Shown here: piece after piece, positions 50,174 through 62,327 of the stretch
Layout of the letters: each line of letters begins with the position of its first letter
Position numbering within the stretch: the stretch's first letter is position 1
From: Mustelus asterias
Lineage: Eukaryota
Direction: 5' to 3'
Length of the DNA stretch: 62,327 bases
Assembly (NCBI RefSeq): GCF_964213995.1
Contig: NW_027592149.1
Location: 1-62,327 of the forward strand
Notes under the pieces: model-generated
Databases searched by the model: none
What the model was told of the DNA's origin: nothing
What the model saw: the letters and a program-made list of their open reading frames with translations, nothing else
Translations under genes and position numbers: made by a program

Positions 50174-51121
50174 CTTCCAGAATGTATTTTCCAGCCTTGA
50201 GATCCGGGAAGTTTTCAGTATTAAAACAGAACATGCAGAAAATAAGAATCCACACTTTTCCAAGTACCAGTTGATTGTGCCCCAGATTATTGATTTCATT
50301 TTTCTCCACCGCTGATGTTGAGATGATTGTTCTGTAATTTTTTGAACAGGGATGTTACGTTTACAATCTCTCAGCCTTTTGGCACCACAACTCTATGAGA
50401 AGGATTGGAAGGTTGTGCCCAGAGCCTCCACAAACTCCATGTGAAGGACACTATGTGTCAGAGTGCAGCAGTCCCTCAATGTCAGACTGCAGTGTCAGCC
50501 TAGATAATGTGCTCAGCTTGATGAGTATTTCCTGTTGTTATTGATGTGGATCATTCAGAAACAATGGACTCTGATGATGTCACCCAGTCCTGCTGCAATG
50601 ATGTCATAGAGACTATTACATCACAGCGGAGACTTAGTGGTGAAAACAGTTTTGTTCCAGACGGCAGCAAGTCCATTACTGATAGATCAGCAAATAGAAT
50701 TACTGGGTCACAGAGCACAATATTAGGATGGATGGTCAAAACCTTGTTTGGAGAGACAGACCTTAACAAACACCTTTAATCTGGACAGTTAGGGAGGGAG
50801 TTTCAGAATCTCATATCCAGGCCTTGTTACATTCACTCAAAATATTTTACAGAAATTGATAAGTTGTAATGATCAGGAAGGTTTGAAAAGCATTAATCTC
50901 TTCTCTTTGGAACAATGTTGACCCCATTTTCTGTCTCAATCTGATTCTCTTTGTCTCAGTTTACGAACTTCCATCCCATTCACTCTGTCTCTTTCCCCAT
51001 TTACTTTGCTCCCTCTATTCACTTGCTCTCTGTCTGTAATAATCACAGTGGCTGCCGGTGATTCTCTGACTACAATCAGATAAGAAATTAATCCGAAGTG
51101 TGCAGTCCCACCCAGCTGCAC
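50174..51121 (-). pseudogene. Candidate decayed IgSF receptor gene: V/J-like remnant about 51030-51121, C1-like about 50530-50760, connecting peptide/TM-like 50174-50331
   Basis: VQLGGTAHF...TVIITD; C...AVWNKT...NSLY.../QQDWVT; LVLGK plus a hydrophobic stretch across a frameshift. Confidence 0.25.
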
Positions 51122-51937
51122 AACAATGGAGAGGCACTGGAGGAAGATGGTTTGGTCAATGGTGTCAATAACTGCAGACTGGCTGAGAAGGACAGTGACA
51201 GATAACTTACCTCAGTCATATTCACACAGTAATTTGAGACTTTGGTAAGAGCTGTTTAATACTGTGTGAAAGACAAATGTAATCAGAGGGATTCACACAG
51301 GGAATTTCAGGACATATGGGCAGAGATTTGGGAGACGACAGGGATTTTGGAAGTTGTAATGAGAGATGGGCAGGAGGGGAACAAAGACACTGGGGTCAAG
51401 GGTGGGCTCGTGGGAGGAAGGGAAGGGACAGAGGCAGCTTTTTTTATTTCATCTGTGGGACATGGATGTTGTTGCATGGCCAGCATTTATTGCAAGTTGC
51501 CCTTGAGAAGGAGGTGATGAGCTGCCTTCATGAACAACTGAGTGGCTTGCTCGGACATTTTAGAGACAACCACATTGCTGTGGCTCTGGAGTCGCATGTA
51601 GGCCAGACCAGGCAAGGACGGCAGATTTCCTTCCCTAAAGGACATCATTAAACCAGATGGGTTTTTACGACAATTGTTTCACGGTCATCAGTAAATTCTT
51701 AATTCCAGATATGTTTTATTGAATTCAGATTTCACCATCTGCCCTGGCGGGATTGAAACCTGGTACCCAGAACATTAGCTGAGTTTCTGGGTTAACCGTC
51801 TAGTGTTAATACCACTCGGCCATCACCTCCCCTCAATCTTAGTGACAAAGAAGCTCCATGCACTCCTCACACTTGTTGTTGGAGGGAAGGATGGAGAAGA
51901 CTGGGGAGAGGGAGAGCCCTTCAAAAGTATCCAAAGT

Positions 51938-53737
51938 GAACATAGAACATAGAAAAGCTACAGCACAAACAGGCCCTTCGGCCCACAAGTTGCGCCGAAC
52001 AATTTCCTTACCTTCTAGGTTCATCTATAACCCTCTATCTTACTAACCTCCATGAACCTATCCAAAAGTTTCTGAAAAGACTCAATCGAATCCGCTTCCA
52101 CCACCACTACCAGCAGCCGATTCCGCGCACCCGCCACCCTCTGAGTGAAAAACTTACCCCTATTATCTCCTCTATACCTACTCCCCAGCACCCTAAACCT
52201 GTGGCCTCTCATGACAATCATTTCAGCCCTGGGTAAAAGCCTCTGAGAATCCACTCTATCAATACTCTATCATTCTCCTCGTGTCTGCGTGGGTTTCCTC
52301 CGGGTGCTCCGGTTTCCTCCCACAGTCCAAAGATGTGCGGGTTAGGTTGATTGGCCAGGTTAAAAATTGTCCCTTAGAGTCCTGGGATGCGTAGGTTAGA
52401 GGGATTAGCGGGTAAAATATGTGGGGGGAGGGCCTGGGTGGGATTGTGGTCGGTGCAGACTCGATGGGCCGAATGGCCTCCTTCTGCACTGTAGGGTTTC
52501 TATGTTTCTAATACCTCTCAACATCTTACACACCTCTATCAGGTCACCTCTCATCCTTCGCCTCTCCAAGGAGAATAGACCTCGCTCTCTCAACCTATCC
52601 TCATAAGGCATACCACTTAATCCCAGCAACATCCTCGTAAATCTCCTCTGCACCCGTTCTATGGCTTCCACATCCTTTCTGTAATGAGGCGACCAGAACT
52701 GGGCACAGAACTCCAGGTGGGGTCTGACTAGGATCCTCTACAGCTGCAGCATTATCTCCCAATTTCTAAACTCAATTCCTCTATTGATCAAGGCCAGTAT
52801 TCCACACGCCTTCTTAACCACAGCCTCTACCTGTGACGCTGCTTTGAGCCCGGACCCCAAGATCCCTCTGTTCTTCCACACTGCCAAGCGTCTTACCCTT
52901 AATATTATATTCTTCCATTCTATTCGACCTGCCAAAATGAACCACCACACACTTATCTGGGTTGAAGTCCATCTGCCACTTCTCTGCCCAGTCTTGCATC
53001 TTATCTATGTCTCGTTGCAACTGCTGACATCCCTCCACACTATCCACAACACCTCCAACCTTTGTGTCATCAGCAAACTTGCCAACCCATTCTTCCACTT
53101 CCTCATCCAGGTCATTTATAAAAATCACAAAGAGCAAGGGTCCCAGAACAGATCCCTGGGGCACCCCACTGGTGACCGACCTCCACTCTGAAAAAGACCC
53201 ATCTACAACCACTCTTTGCCTTCTGTGGGCAAGCCAGTTCTGAATCCACAAAGCAACATCCCCTTGTATCCCTTGCCCCTTCACTTTCTCCATAATCCTT
53301 GCATGGGGCACTTTACCAAACGCCTTACTGAAATCCATATAAACCACATCTACCGCTCTTCCCCCATCTAAGTGTCTAGTCACATCTTCAAAAAACTCAA
53401 TCAGACTCGTAAGGGATGATCTGCCTCGGACAAAGCCGTGCTGGCTACTTCTGATCATACTATTCCTTTCCAAATGTTCATAAATCCTGCCTCTCAGGAT
53501 CTTCTCCATCAACTTACCTACCACTGAGGTTAGACTCACTGGTCTATAATTTCCTGGGCAATCTCTTCTCCCTTTCTTGAATAACGGAACCACATCCGCC
53601 ATCCTCCAATCCTCCGGAACCTCTCCCGTCTCCATTGATGATGCAAAGATCATCGCCAGAGGATCAGCAATCTCTTCCCTCACCTCCCACAGTAACCTGG
53701 GGTACATCCCATCTGGTCCTGGTGATTTATCTAACTT
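51938..53737 (-). mobile_element. CR1 LINE 3' 1.5 kb with the RT domain, interrupted by an HE1 SINE (+, 52271-52508)
   Basis: KSPGPDG, PEDWR, QHGF, DFSKAF, PQGSVLGPLLF, KFADDTK; the SINE is near-identical to 43153-43390. Confidence 0.94.
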
Positions 53738-53934
53738 AAGTGAGTTAGAGACATTAAATAGATGCAACACAGTGTGTTCAATATAAAAATAGTAAAAATA
53801 GTAATATAAAACTGATTTATTTGACCTTTATCCACAATATTAGCCCAAACAACTGGCTGGAATTTATTGACATCATCCAACAGACCCCAACGAACATCAT
53901 CCTGGACGTCACTGACAGCAAAATCCAATCATTG

Positions 53935-55032
53935 TCATTGTTTGTGAGCTTGTTGGTGTCTCATCAGTACAGAAAAATAAGCAAATCCCCTCCCACATTC
54001 AGCACATGTGAATGGCCTCTCCCCAGTGTGAACTCGCTGGTGTGTCAGCAGGTTCGATGACTGAGTGAAACCCTTCCCACACACAGAGCAGGTGAACGGC
54101 CTCTCCCCAGTGTGAACTCGCTGGTGTGTCAGCAGGTTCGATGACTGAGTGAATCCCTTCCCACACACAGAGCAGGTGAACGGCCTCTCCCCAGTGTGAA
54201 CTCGCTGGTGCATCAGAAGTTTGGATGAGGAAGGGAATCCCTTCCCACACTCAGAGCAGATGAATGGTCTCCCCCCAGTTTGAACACACTGGTGCGTCAG
54301 AAGGACGGATGACTGAGTAAATCCCTTGCTACACTCAGGGCAGGTGAACAGCCTCTCTCCAGTGTGAATTTGCTGCTGTACAGTGAGATGAGACGATCGC
54401 TTGAATGCAGACCCACAGTGGAAGCATCTGAACGGTCTCTCGTCAGCGTGAACAGGTTGATGCTGCATCAAGTCCTGGGAACTTTTAAAGCGTTTTCCAC
54501 AGTCTGGACATGTAAAAGGTCTCTCATCAGCGTGAACCCGCTGGTGTGTCAGCAGTTTGTATTGCTGAGTAAATCCTTTCCCACACATGGAACAGGTGAA
54601 TGGCCTCTCATTGCTGTGAACACGTTGATGGTGCATCAGTTCCCCAGAACATTTGTAACACTTCCCACAGTCTGAGCATTTAAATGGTCTCTCCTCAGTA
54701 TGAACTCGCTGATGATTCAACAGGGTGGATGACTGACTGAATCCCTTCCCACACACAGAACAGGTGAACGGTCTCTCCCCAGTGTGAACTCGCTGGTGTC
54801 TCTGCAGGTGGGATAACTGAGTGAATCCCTCCCCACACTGAGAGCAGGTGAACGGCCTCTCCCCAGTGTGAACTCGCTGGTGTATCTGCAGGCTGGATAA
54901 CTGAGTAAACCCTTTCCCACAATCAGAGCAGGTGAATGGTCTCTCCCCAGTGTGGCTGCGGCGATGAGTTTCCAGCTGAGATGGGTAATTGAATCCCTTC
55001 CCACAGTCCCCACATTTCCACGGTTTCTCCAT
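53935..55032 (-). CDS. C2H2 zinc-finger gene D, 13 fingers (2 missing a His ligand), no KRAB
   Basis: Open 365-aa ORF. Confidence 0.88.
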   Translation of the reverse strand: MEKPWKCGDCGKGFNYPSQLETHRRSHTGERPFTCSDCGKGFTQLSSLQIHQRVHTGERPFTCSQCGEGFTQLSHLQRHQRVHTGERPFTCSVCGKGFSQSSTLLNHQRVHTEERPFKCSDCGKCYKCSGELMHHQRVHSNERPFTCSMCGKGFTQQYKLLTHQRVHADERPFTCPDCGKRFKSSQDLMQHQPVHADERPFRCFHCGSAFKRSSHLTVQQQIHTGERLFTCPECSKGFTQSSVLLTHQCVQTGGRPFICSECGKGFPSSSKLLMHQRVHTGERPFTCSVCGKGFTQSSNLLTHQRVHTGERPFTCSVCGKGFTQSSNLLTHQRVHTGERPFTCAECGRGFAYFSVLMRHQQAHKQ

Positions 55033-56921
55033 GGTGCGGCTGTCCTTGTGACTCTCCAGGTTAAATAATCAGTTCAATCTCACACAGAACACGGATACAG
55101 TCTCTCCCCACTGTGAATGCCACGATGTATTTTCAGGCTGTGTAACTGGTTAAAGCTCTTTCCACAGTCAGTGCACTGGAACACTCTCACTCGGGTATAT
55201 GTGTGTCACGGCATTTTTCCAGTCACATTTATGCAAAAAAAAAGTCTGAAGCAGACAGAACAGAAAAATATTTCACCTTTGAGATTGAAAGGCCGATGGT
55301 ATTCAGGTCCAGATGAACTGAATGACTGTCAGAATTTGACATGACATTTGTTCGAGATTTCTGTCTGTCAATCCTCACCTTCTCATATTCTGTGAAAGGA
55401 GTTTACAAAAGTCATCACTGTCAGCACAGATTAGAAATTCAGAACAGACAATTCTAGTTTCTATGGAACATTGTTTCCTCTCTCATTCCCCAAAAGCTGT
55501 AAATCTCCATCCCACACACTCTCCCTCCATTCTCACTCTGCTGTATCTAATATTCACCCTCCCAATTCTCCTGAAGGTGCTGATTGAGGCGGATTGACAG
55601 ATCCATGCTCACTGCTTCCTGCCCTGGACACAGAGAGCTGGAAATCTCCATGCAGGCTGCCAGACAGATATATGTCTCTATTACGGGACTAAAAATGTGT
55701 TTAATGGATAGAATTGTTTCAGTTGGCTAAGATACAGGGGGCTATAATTGATCATGATCTTGAACTGCTTGTGAGGGTGTTCAAGCAGAGATGATCAATA
55801 ACTTGGAAATGAAATTGTAGGTGCTGCAGAATGGGATCCACTCGACACTAACAGTGAGTCGGCATTGACCCGAGTGGTCCAATGGATTCCTTCTGTGCTG
55901 TAATGACTCTATTACTGGAAATATATCACGTAGCTACATGTTAGGGCTCAGGTTAGAAACTCCAAAATGTTTTATGGAACCCGCCTGAATCATACGTTTT
56001 ACATCTTGAATTTGGCATGAAATGTTTCACTTCTGGTATGATTCAAATGACCCACCTTTTCACAAAGTTTACTTAAGAATATAGTTAACATGTTTAGTAA
56101 GAAAATTAGCAAGAACTTTCAGCAATTACAAACAAAACAAAACAACCAAGTTAATGCCTAACCCATCAACAGCAGAATATTTTCTTCAGGAAGGCAAGAC
56201 CTTGCTTTCAGATAACCAACAGAATTTCCAAATAAAACAGGGGAGAGAAAGCGAGAGAGACGTCTCTTTTCAGCGTGATGCCCCTTCTAAAACTAAACTG
56301 CATCTCAGAACTGAAAATGAAAGAACTTCTGTCACCTGACCTGCAACCAGTTTTTTATCCACAAATCCCAAAGTAAAAACAAACAACCTCTATATAAGCC
56401 ACTTAAGGAGCAAATAAAGGACTCTTTGTAGACAAGCCGGTGCCATAATGTAAAAAAAACTGAAAGGTTTATTTACAACAGCAGGATCATGATTTTGAGA
56501 TTTAAAAATTCGTAAAGAAACACTAATGTCACACGACCGTACGATATTACAGATTAGAAATAATAATAAATGTACATTACTGCAGAACCATACATGTCTA
56601 ATCTTGCCATATGACAATATTGAACATATCTCTAATCTATATTAATTTACAGTCCCCTTAAATGTCAGATATTTCCTGGGGAAACCAGCCCTTTAATTGT
56701 GAACATTAGGAAAGGGACCTTTGAGCCAGACAAATAAATGAGTCAAGCTGAGGGAGCAAAGGATGTCAATGTCTTTAACAGAGAGAGACCTGGGCCAACC
56801 TTTCCAGAGTCTGCACCCTCCCTGGATTCACTTCCTTTCCCTTCAGTTGCTGCAAGTCCCCAATTTCCCCCAGAATGAGAAAAGAAATGGAAAGGTGGAG
56901 AAAACAAAGTGTTTTACTCAC

Positions 56922-57528
56922 AGATGTTGGAACAGGAGGAAGTTTCTGCCTCTCTGATGCCCTATCTTCATTCACGCAAAAAAGCCACGCTCTGATTGGC
57001 TGGAAAACCTGAGGCCTTCGGGTCCTCCAACTCTTCTCATTGGCCAGAGCTGGAGAGACAGTGAATCAAAATTGCGCATGTGCGAGTTTTTAGGGTGAAT
57101 GCGCATGTGCGGGTGTGGGGCGGGGCCCGGACAAAGCCGGCGCACTGACCATTGTCTGTCCGGGTCTTCCAGCCTTTCCCATTGGACAACAGCTCAGCGC
57201 GGCTGGAGGGCAAAGTCCCGCCCACCCCCACGTGGGGCTCCGCCCCTCATTGTCTGTCTGCGGGGGATTGACCAATGGGAACTCCGGAGGACCGGAAGGA
57301 CTCTGCTCCGGTCGCTGCCTCTCACAGGCTCTGGCCAATGGGCATTCTGGAGGACCGGAAGGATTCTGGTCCCCCAGCCAATCAAAGCTCCTCCATTGCC
57401 TGAATGCGGAAGTTGCACAATGAGCTTGTTCAGCTGCTCATTCCGGCCCAGCAAAGCTGCTGCTTCTCTTTCTGAATGAAGATTGAGCTTCAGACAGACT
57501 CCAACTTCCTCCTGTCTCTCCAACATCT
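56922..57528. promoter_or_regulatory. Candidate bidirectional CpG promoter with mirrored non-coding first exons for ZNF genes D (-) and E (+)
   Basis: ACATCT|GTGAGTAAAACAC donors on both strands (56921 and 57529); NRF1-like motifs, GC boxes, multiple CCAAT. Confidence 0.68.
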
Positions 57529-57609
57529 GTGAGTAAAACACTTTCTTTACTCCCCCCTTCCATTCCTTTTTTCATTCTGGGGGGAAACTGTTGATTTGCA
57601 GCAACTGAT

Positions 57610-59400
57610 CACGAGAAATAGACGCAGGAGTGGCCAGCAGGCCCTTCATGGCTGATCTATGCCGGCTTCAACTCCTTTTGTGTGCCTTTTCCCATAGCCC
57701 TCTATCCCTCGATCTATCAACTATTTATCCACCTCCACTTTAAATACTTATAGTGATCCAGCCTCCACCTGTGGGGGAGAGAATTCCAGACATTCACCAC
57801 CCTCTGGGGGAAGAAAGTTCTGTGCACCTCAGTTTTAAATGATCGACCATTTAGCTTGTTCGAGACTTCCGCACTTGTAAAAATATCTCACCGTCTATCC
57901 TGTCAAGCCCCCCTCAGGATCTAATATTTCAATAAAGTCTTCAAAGCTTCAAGGAATACAGACCTAGACAATTTATTCTCTCTTGATAGGACAACCCTCT
58001 CACCCAGGAATTTGTCTGGTGAATCTCCTTTGGACAACATCCAATGTTACTGTATCCTTGTTTAAGTAAAATCAAAACTACGCAGTATTCCAGGTGAGGC
58101 CTCACCAACACAACCCCCCTGTTTTTAAACTCCAACACCTTTGCAATAAAGGTCAAAATTCCATTTTCCTTCTTACCTATTGTGGGACCTGCCTGCTAGC
58201 ATTTTGTGATTCATGTGCAAGAACATCCAGATCCCTCTGTACTTCACTCACCTGCAGTGCCGTTCCATGTAGATAATCTCCCTTTTGATTTCTACATGAC
58301 CTCCCACTTCCCCACATTAAACTTCATTTGCCAGGTTTTCATCACAATCTATCTATATCCCACTGCAGAATCAAAATATCCTCATCACAACATGTCCTTC
58401 CACCTATCTTTGAATCATTTGGAAACCTTACATTCTGTTCCTTCCTCCAGGTCATTAATTGAATCATGAATTGCAGGCCAAGAACTGATCCAAGTGGTAC
58501 TCCACTGGTTACATCTTTCCACTCTGAAAATGACCCATTTATTCCAACTCTCTGTTTTCTATGTGACGGCCAGTTTTCAATCCATGCTAACACACTTCCA
58601 TCAATTCCATGGACCTTTACTTTATGCACCAGCCTCTTATGTGGCACCTTGACAAATGCCTTTTGGAAATCATAGAATCCCTAGATTGCAGAAGGGGGTC
58701 ATTTGGCCCATCGAGCCTGCACCAACTTTCTAACAGAGTATCTTTCCGAGGCCCTATCTCAACCCCACATTTTTACCCCACAATCCCCCTAATCTACACA
58801 TTTTAGAACATGAAGGGTCAATTTAGCATAGCCAATCAACCTAACTTGCATATCTTTGGAATGTAGAAGAAACCAGAGCACCCGAAGGAAACCTACTCAG
58901 ACACGGGGAGAATGTGCAAATTCCACACAGACTGTCACCCAAGGCCGAAATTGAAGCTGCATCCCTCACGCTGTGAAGCAACAGTGCTAACCACTGTGCC
59001 GCCGTACCACCCTATCTAAATACACTACATCTACAGATTGAACTCGATCTACTCTTCCTCTTGCATTCTCAAAGAAATTGAGCAAATTTGTCGAACATGA
59101 TTTATCTTTCCGAGAACCATGTTGCCTTAGTTTGATTATATTCAGCTTTCCTAAATGATTAGCTATTTCCTCTTTGATTATTGACTCCAGCTTCTTGCCA
59201 ATAATAGATGTTAAATTAACTGGCCAATAGTTCCCTGCCTTCTCCCTTTTTGACCGAGGGAATCACATTGGCTGATTTCCAATCTTCTGATACTCTCCCG
59301 GAATCTAGCAAGTTAAGAAAAATTTCAACAAAAATCTCCATTATCTCTCCAGGAACCACTTTTAAAAGTCTAGCGTGCAGTTCATTGGGTCCTGGCGACT
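57610..59400 (-). mobile_element. Degenerate CR1 fragments with an inserted HE1 SINE (about 58668-59010)
   Basis: VRPHLEYC, PHKRL..K, GVP.GSVLG and EDWKSANV motifs. Confidence 0.82.
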
Positions 59401-60290
59401 GAAGGGAAAGGAAGTGAATCCAGTCTGTACATTCCACACATTGTTAGTCCAGTCAGATAGACATAGATCTGTCTGGCAGCCTGCATGGAGATTCTGAGCT
59501 CTCTATGTCCAAGACAGGAAGCAGTGAGCATGGATCTGTCAATCAGCCTCAATCAGCACCTTCAGGAGAATTGGGAGGGTGAATATTAGATACAGCAGAG
59601 TGAGAATGGAGAGAGAGTGTGTGGGATGGAGATTCACAGATTTTGGGGAATGAGAGAGGAAAGAATGTTGACGAGAATCAGAGAATTCCTCCATCTTATC
59701 AGCCATCCCTGAGCCATCATAATGAATCCCTCTTCTCAGTATACCCTTATCTCTGACTTGTCTGTCCTGCTGGCAGTCTCACAAAGCAGCTGCCTGTGTG
59801 CTGATACGAGAAGCCCTGCTCGGCAAGTTTAATGCTCCATGACTGTGTCTTTAAAGAATGTTCCATAGAAACTAGAATTGACTGATTTGAATTTTGATCA
59901 TGTACTGAATTGTGATGTTTTTCTTAAATTGAATTACAGGATATTAGATGAGGAGAAATCACAGACAGAAATCTAAAATGTCAGATCTGGATCTGACAGA
60001 GTGACTCGATTCCTTGGGACCTGAATATCATCAGGCTCTAAATCTAGAAGGAGAAATGTTTGTCTGGTCTATCAGCTTCAGAAGATTTTAAACATCAGTG
60101 TGACTGGAAATGCACTGAGACACACACAGCCGAGTGAGAGTGTTCCAGTGCACTGTGTGTGGAAAGAACTTTAACCAGTTACACAGCCTGAAAATACATC
60201 GCAGCATTCACAGCGGGAGAGACTGTACCCGTGTTCTGTGTGAGATTTAACTGATTGTTTAACCTGGAGAGTCACAAGGACACCCGCACC

Positions 60291-61047
60291 ATGGAGAAAC
60301 GGTGGAAATGTGGAGACTGTGGGAAGAGATACAGATTCCCATCATATCTCGAAGCTCATCGGCGCATTCACACTGGAGAGAGGCCATTCACTTGCCCTTG
60401 GTGTGGGATGGGATTCAGTATTGTATCCACCCTGCAGAGACACGCACGAATTCACACTGGGCAGAGGCCGTTCACCTGCTCTCAGTGTGGGAAGGCATTC
60501 GCTCATGCATCCACCCTACAGGCACACCAGCGAGTTCACACTGGGGAGAGGCCATTCACCTGCACTGTATGTGGGAAGGGATACACTCAATTATCCAGCC
60601 TGCAGTCACACCAGCGAGTTCACACTGGGGAGAGACCGTTCACCTGCTCTGTATGTGAGAAGGAGTTCACTCGGCTATCTAGCCTGCAGGTACATCAGCG
60701 AGTTCACACCGGGGTGAGGCCATTCACCTGCTCTCAATGTGGGAAGGGATTCAATGATTTATATGCCCTGCAAACACATCAGCGAGTTCACACTGGAGAG
60801 AAACCATTCACCTGCTCTCAGTGTGGGAAGGGATTCACTCAGTTATGCAACCTGCATACACACCAGCGAGTTCATACTGGGGAGAGACCATTCTGCTGCA
60901 CTCAATGTGGGAGGAAACAGAGATTCATCCACCCTGCGGACACACCAGCGAGTTCACACCGGGGAGAGGCCATTCACCTGCTCTGTGTGTGAGAAGGGAT
61001 TCAGAGTTTCATCCAGCCTGCTGAGACACCAGCGAGTTCACAAGTGA
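60291..61047 (+). pseudogene. C2H2 zinc-finger gene E, 9 fingers, frameshift in finger 8 (7 intact fingers could still be translated; stop at 60992)
   Basis: MEKRWKC start; the frame breaks near 60912-60920 and the last finger lies in ORF 60739-61047. Confidence 0.82.
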
Positions 61048-61678
61048 TACAGGGGTTGGATTCTGCTGTGACAATCAGCTCTCAAATACGTCCAGGACTG
61101 CGTTTTGTTCATTCTCACAGATGGTCAACCGGTCGCACGATTTTGCCTCCAGTGGGCTGATGCTCTTTGATCCTTGCTGCTAAAACCCTGTTTTCAAATT
61201 TCACAAGGATCAGAGTGACAGGGTGTGAGGAAGTTCAGAGATTTAGTCAGCATTTCTGTTTTAAACTCCCCCAGATCCTCATCAAATTTCCTTTGTAATT
61301 GTTTATTGTCTCCACTTCCTCCACCCTCGTAGGCAGCGAGTTCCAGGTCATTACCATTCGCTGCATCAAAATATTCTTCCTCACATCCCCCCCCCCCCCC
61401 CCCCCCCCCCCCCCCGCCCACCTACATCTCTGACCCCAAACCCTTAAATCTGTGTCCCCCTCATCCTTGTCCCATCAGCTAATGGGAACAGCTTTTCTTT
61501 GTCCACCTTATCTAAACCTGTCAGAATCTTGTCCACCTCTATCAAATCTCCCCTCAACCTCCTTTGCTCCAAGGGGAACAACACCAGCCTGACATCGACA
61601 ATAAAGAACCAACTAACAGAATATGTTAATACCTGAAATCAAATGGGAATGTTTAATTTCTGTTTTAAAGATTTGGAC

Positions 61679-62186
61679 TGTAAGAGTGAATTAATGGATT
61701 TGGGGGGGGGGGGGGGGGGGGGGGGGGCGGGTAGATTTAACGCTCTCACCCCCCACTCCTCATTAGAGTAAAATCACAGGCTGGTCAATTGCTAATACCT
61801 CAAGGTGCTGACATCAGCATACTTGCCATCAAGGTTGTTTACTTTCTAGAAAAACGGACCATTTTCTCACAAACGTTTGAGTGAAGGTTTAAGAACAAAC
61901 CTACGTAGGCAAGATTGGAATTTTACATGTTCTGTGTATTGAATAATTGTGTAACCTGTCTGTATCTGTGACTTGGATTAGAGTTGTATTAGAATGCTGT
62001 CTCTGTGATTACTCTGTTAGAGAGCTGTGTCAGAGCTGTGACTTTGAGCTGTGAGAGCTGTGTCACAGGAGGGTGCTCTTCCAGAGCATTCTCTGGGGTT
62101 GTTCCCTCCAGGCGTGAATCATGAATAAACTATTGTAACATGTTCCTGGGTCTCCTGTGGTTAGTTGGAAGAAATACATCACAACA
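61679..62186 (+). mobile_element. Solo LTR, 508 bp
   Basis: TGT...ACA termini, internal AATAAA, 4-bp TSD GGAC (61675-61678 and 62187-62190); absent from the paralogous flank near 32820-32855. Confidence 0.85.
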
Positions 62187-62327
62187 GGACAATAAAGGAA
62201 TTGGAATAACTCCCCTTGGATGTGGTTGAATGGAATATATCAATCTGATGTCCACCTGCATTCTAGTGAAAGTCTGGAATGTGTAGATGGGATGAATAAG
62301 TCGATCACTTTCTCTTGGTGATATTTA

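Overview
Eukaryotic genomic DNA from a cartilaginous fish (shark), inferred from HE1-type SINEs, shark-type CR1 LINEs and shark IgM protein sequence. Bases 1-15.1 kb are the 3' part of one cluster-type IgM heavy-chain gene: an unrearranged JH with its RSS heptamer, an 11.3-kb J-C intron, and four open, correctly phased Cmu exons with a secretory tail and poly(A) signal. I found no transmembrane exons downstream. From about 18.9 kb onward is a cluster of five KRAB-less tandem C2H2 zinc-finger paralogues (3 open, 2 frameshifted), with repeated CpG-rich promoter modules and inverted segmental duplications. The cluster is densely invaded by CR1, Tx1, HE1 SINE, Penelope-like elements carrying hammerhead-like motifs, and a solo LTR. 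The most notable unexplained signals are: (i) a 7-copy minisatellite whose units each read as a 12-spacer RSS, beside a CTCF-like site 34 kb downstream of Cmu; (ii) two decayed candidate VJ-C1-TM antigen-receptor-like genes with Arg or Lys in the TM; (iii) a G-rich switch-like repeat just upstream of Cmu1; (iv) a proline-substituted IgM tailpiece with no TM exons found; (v) a shared dead-finger leader with a new ATG in all five ZNF genes. Repeat boundaries are approximate (read by eye), and no searches were run.
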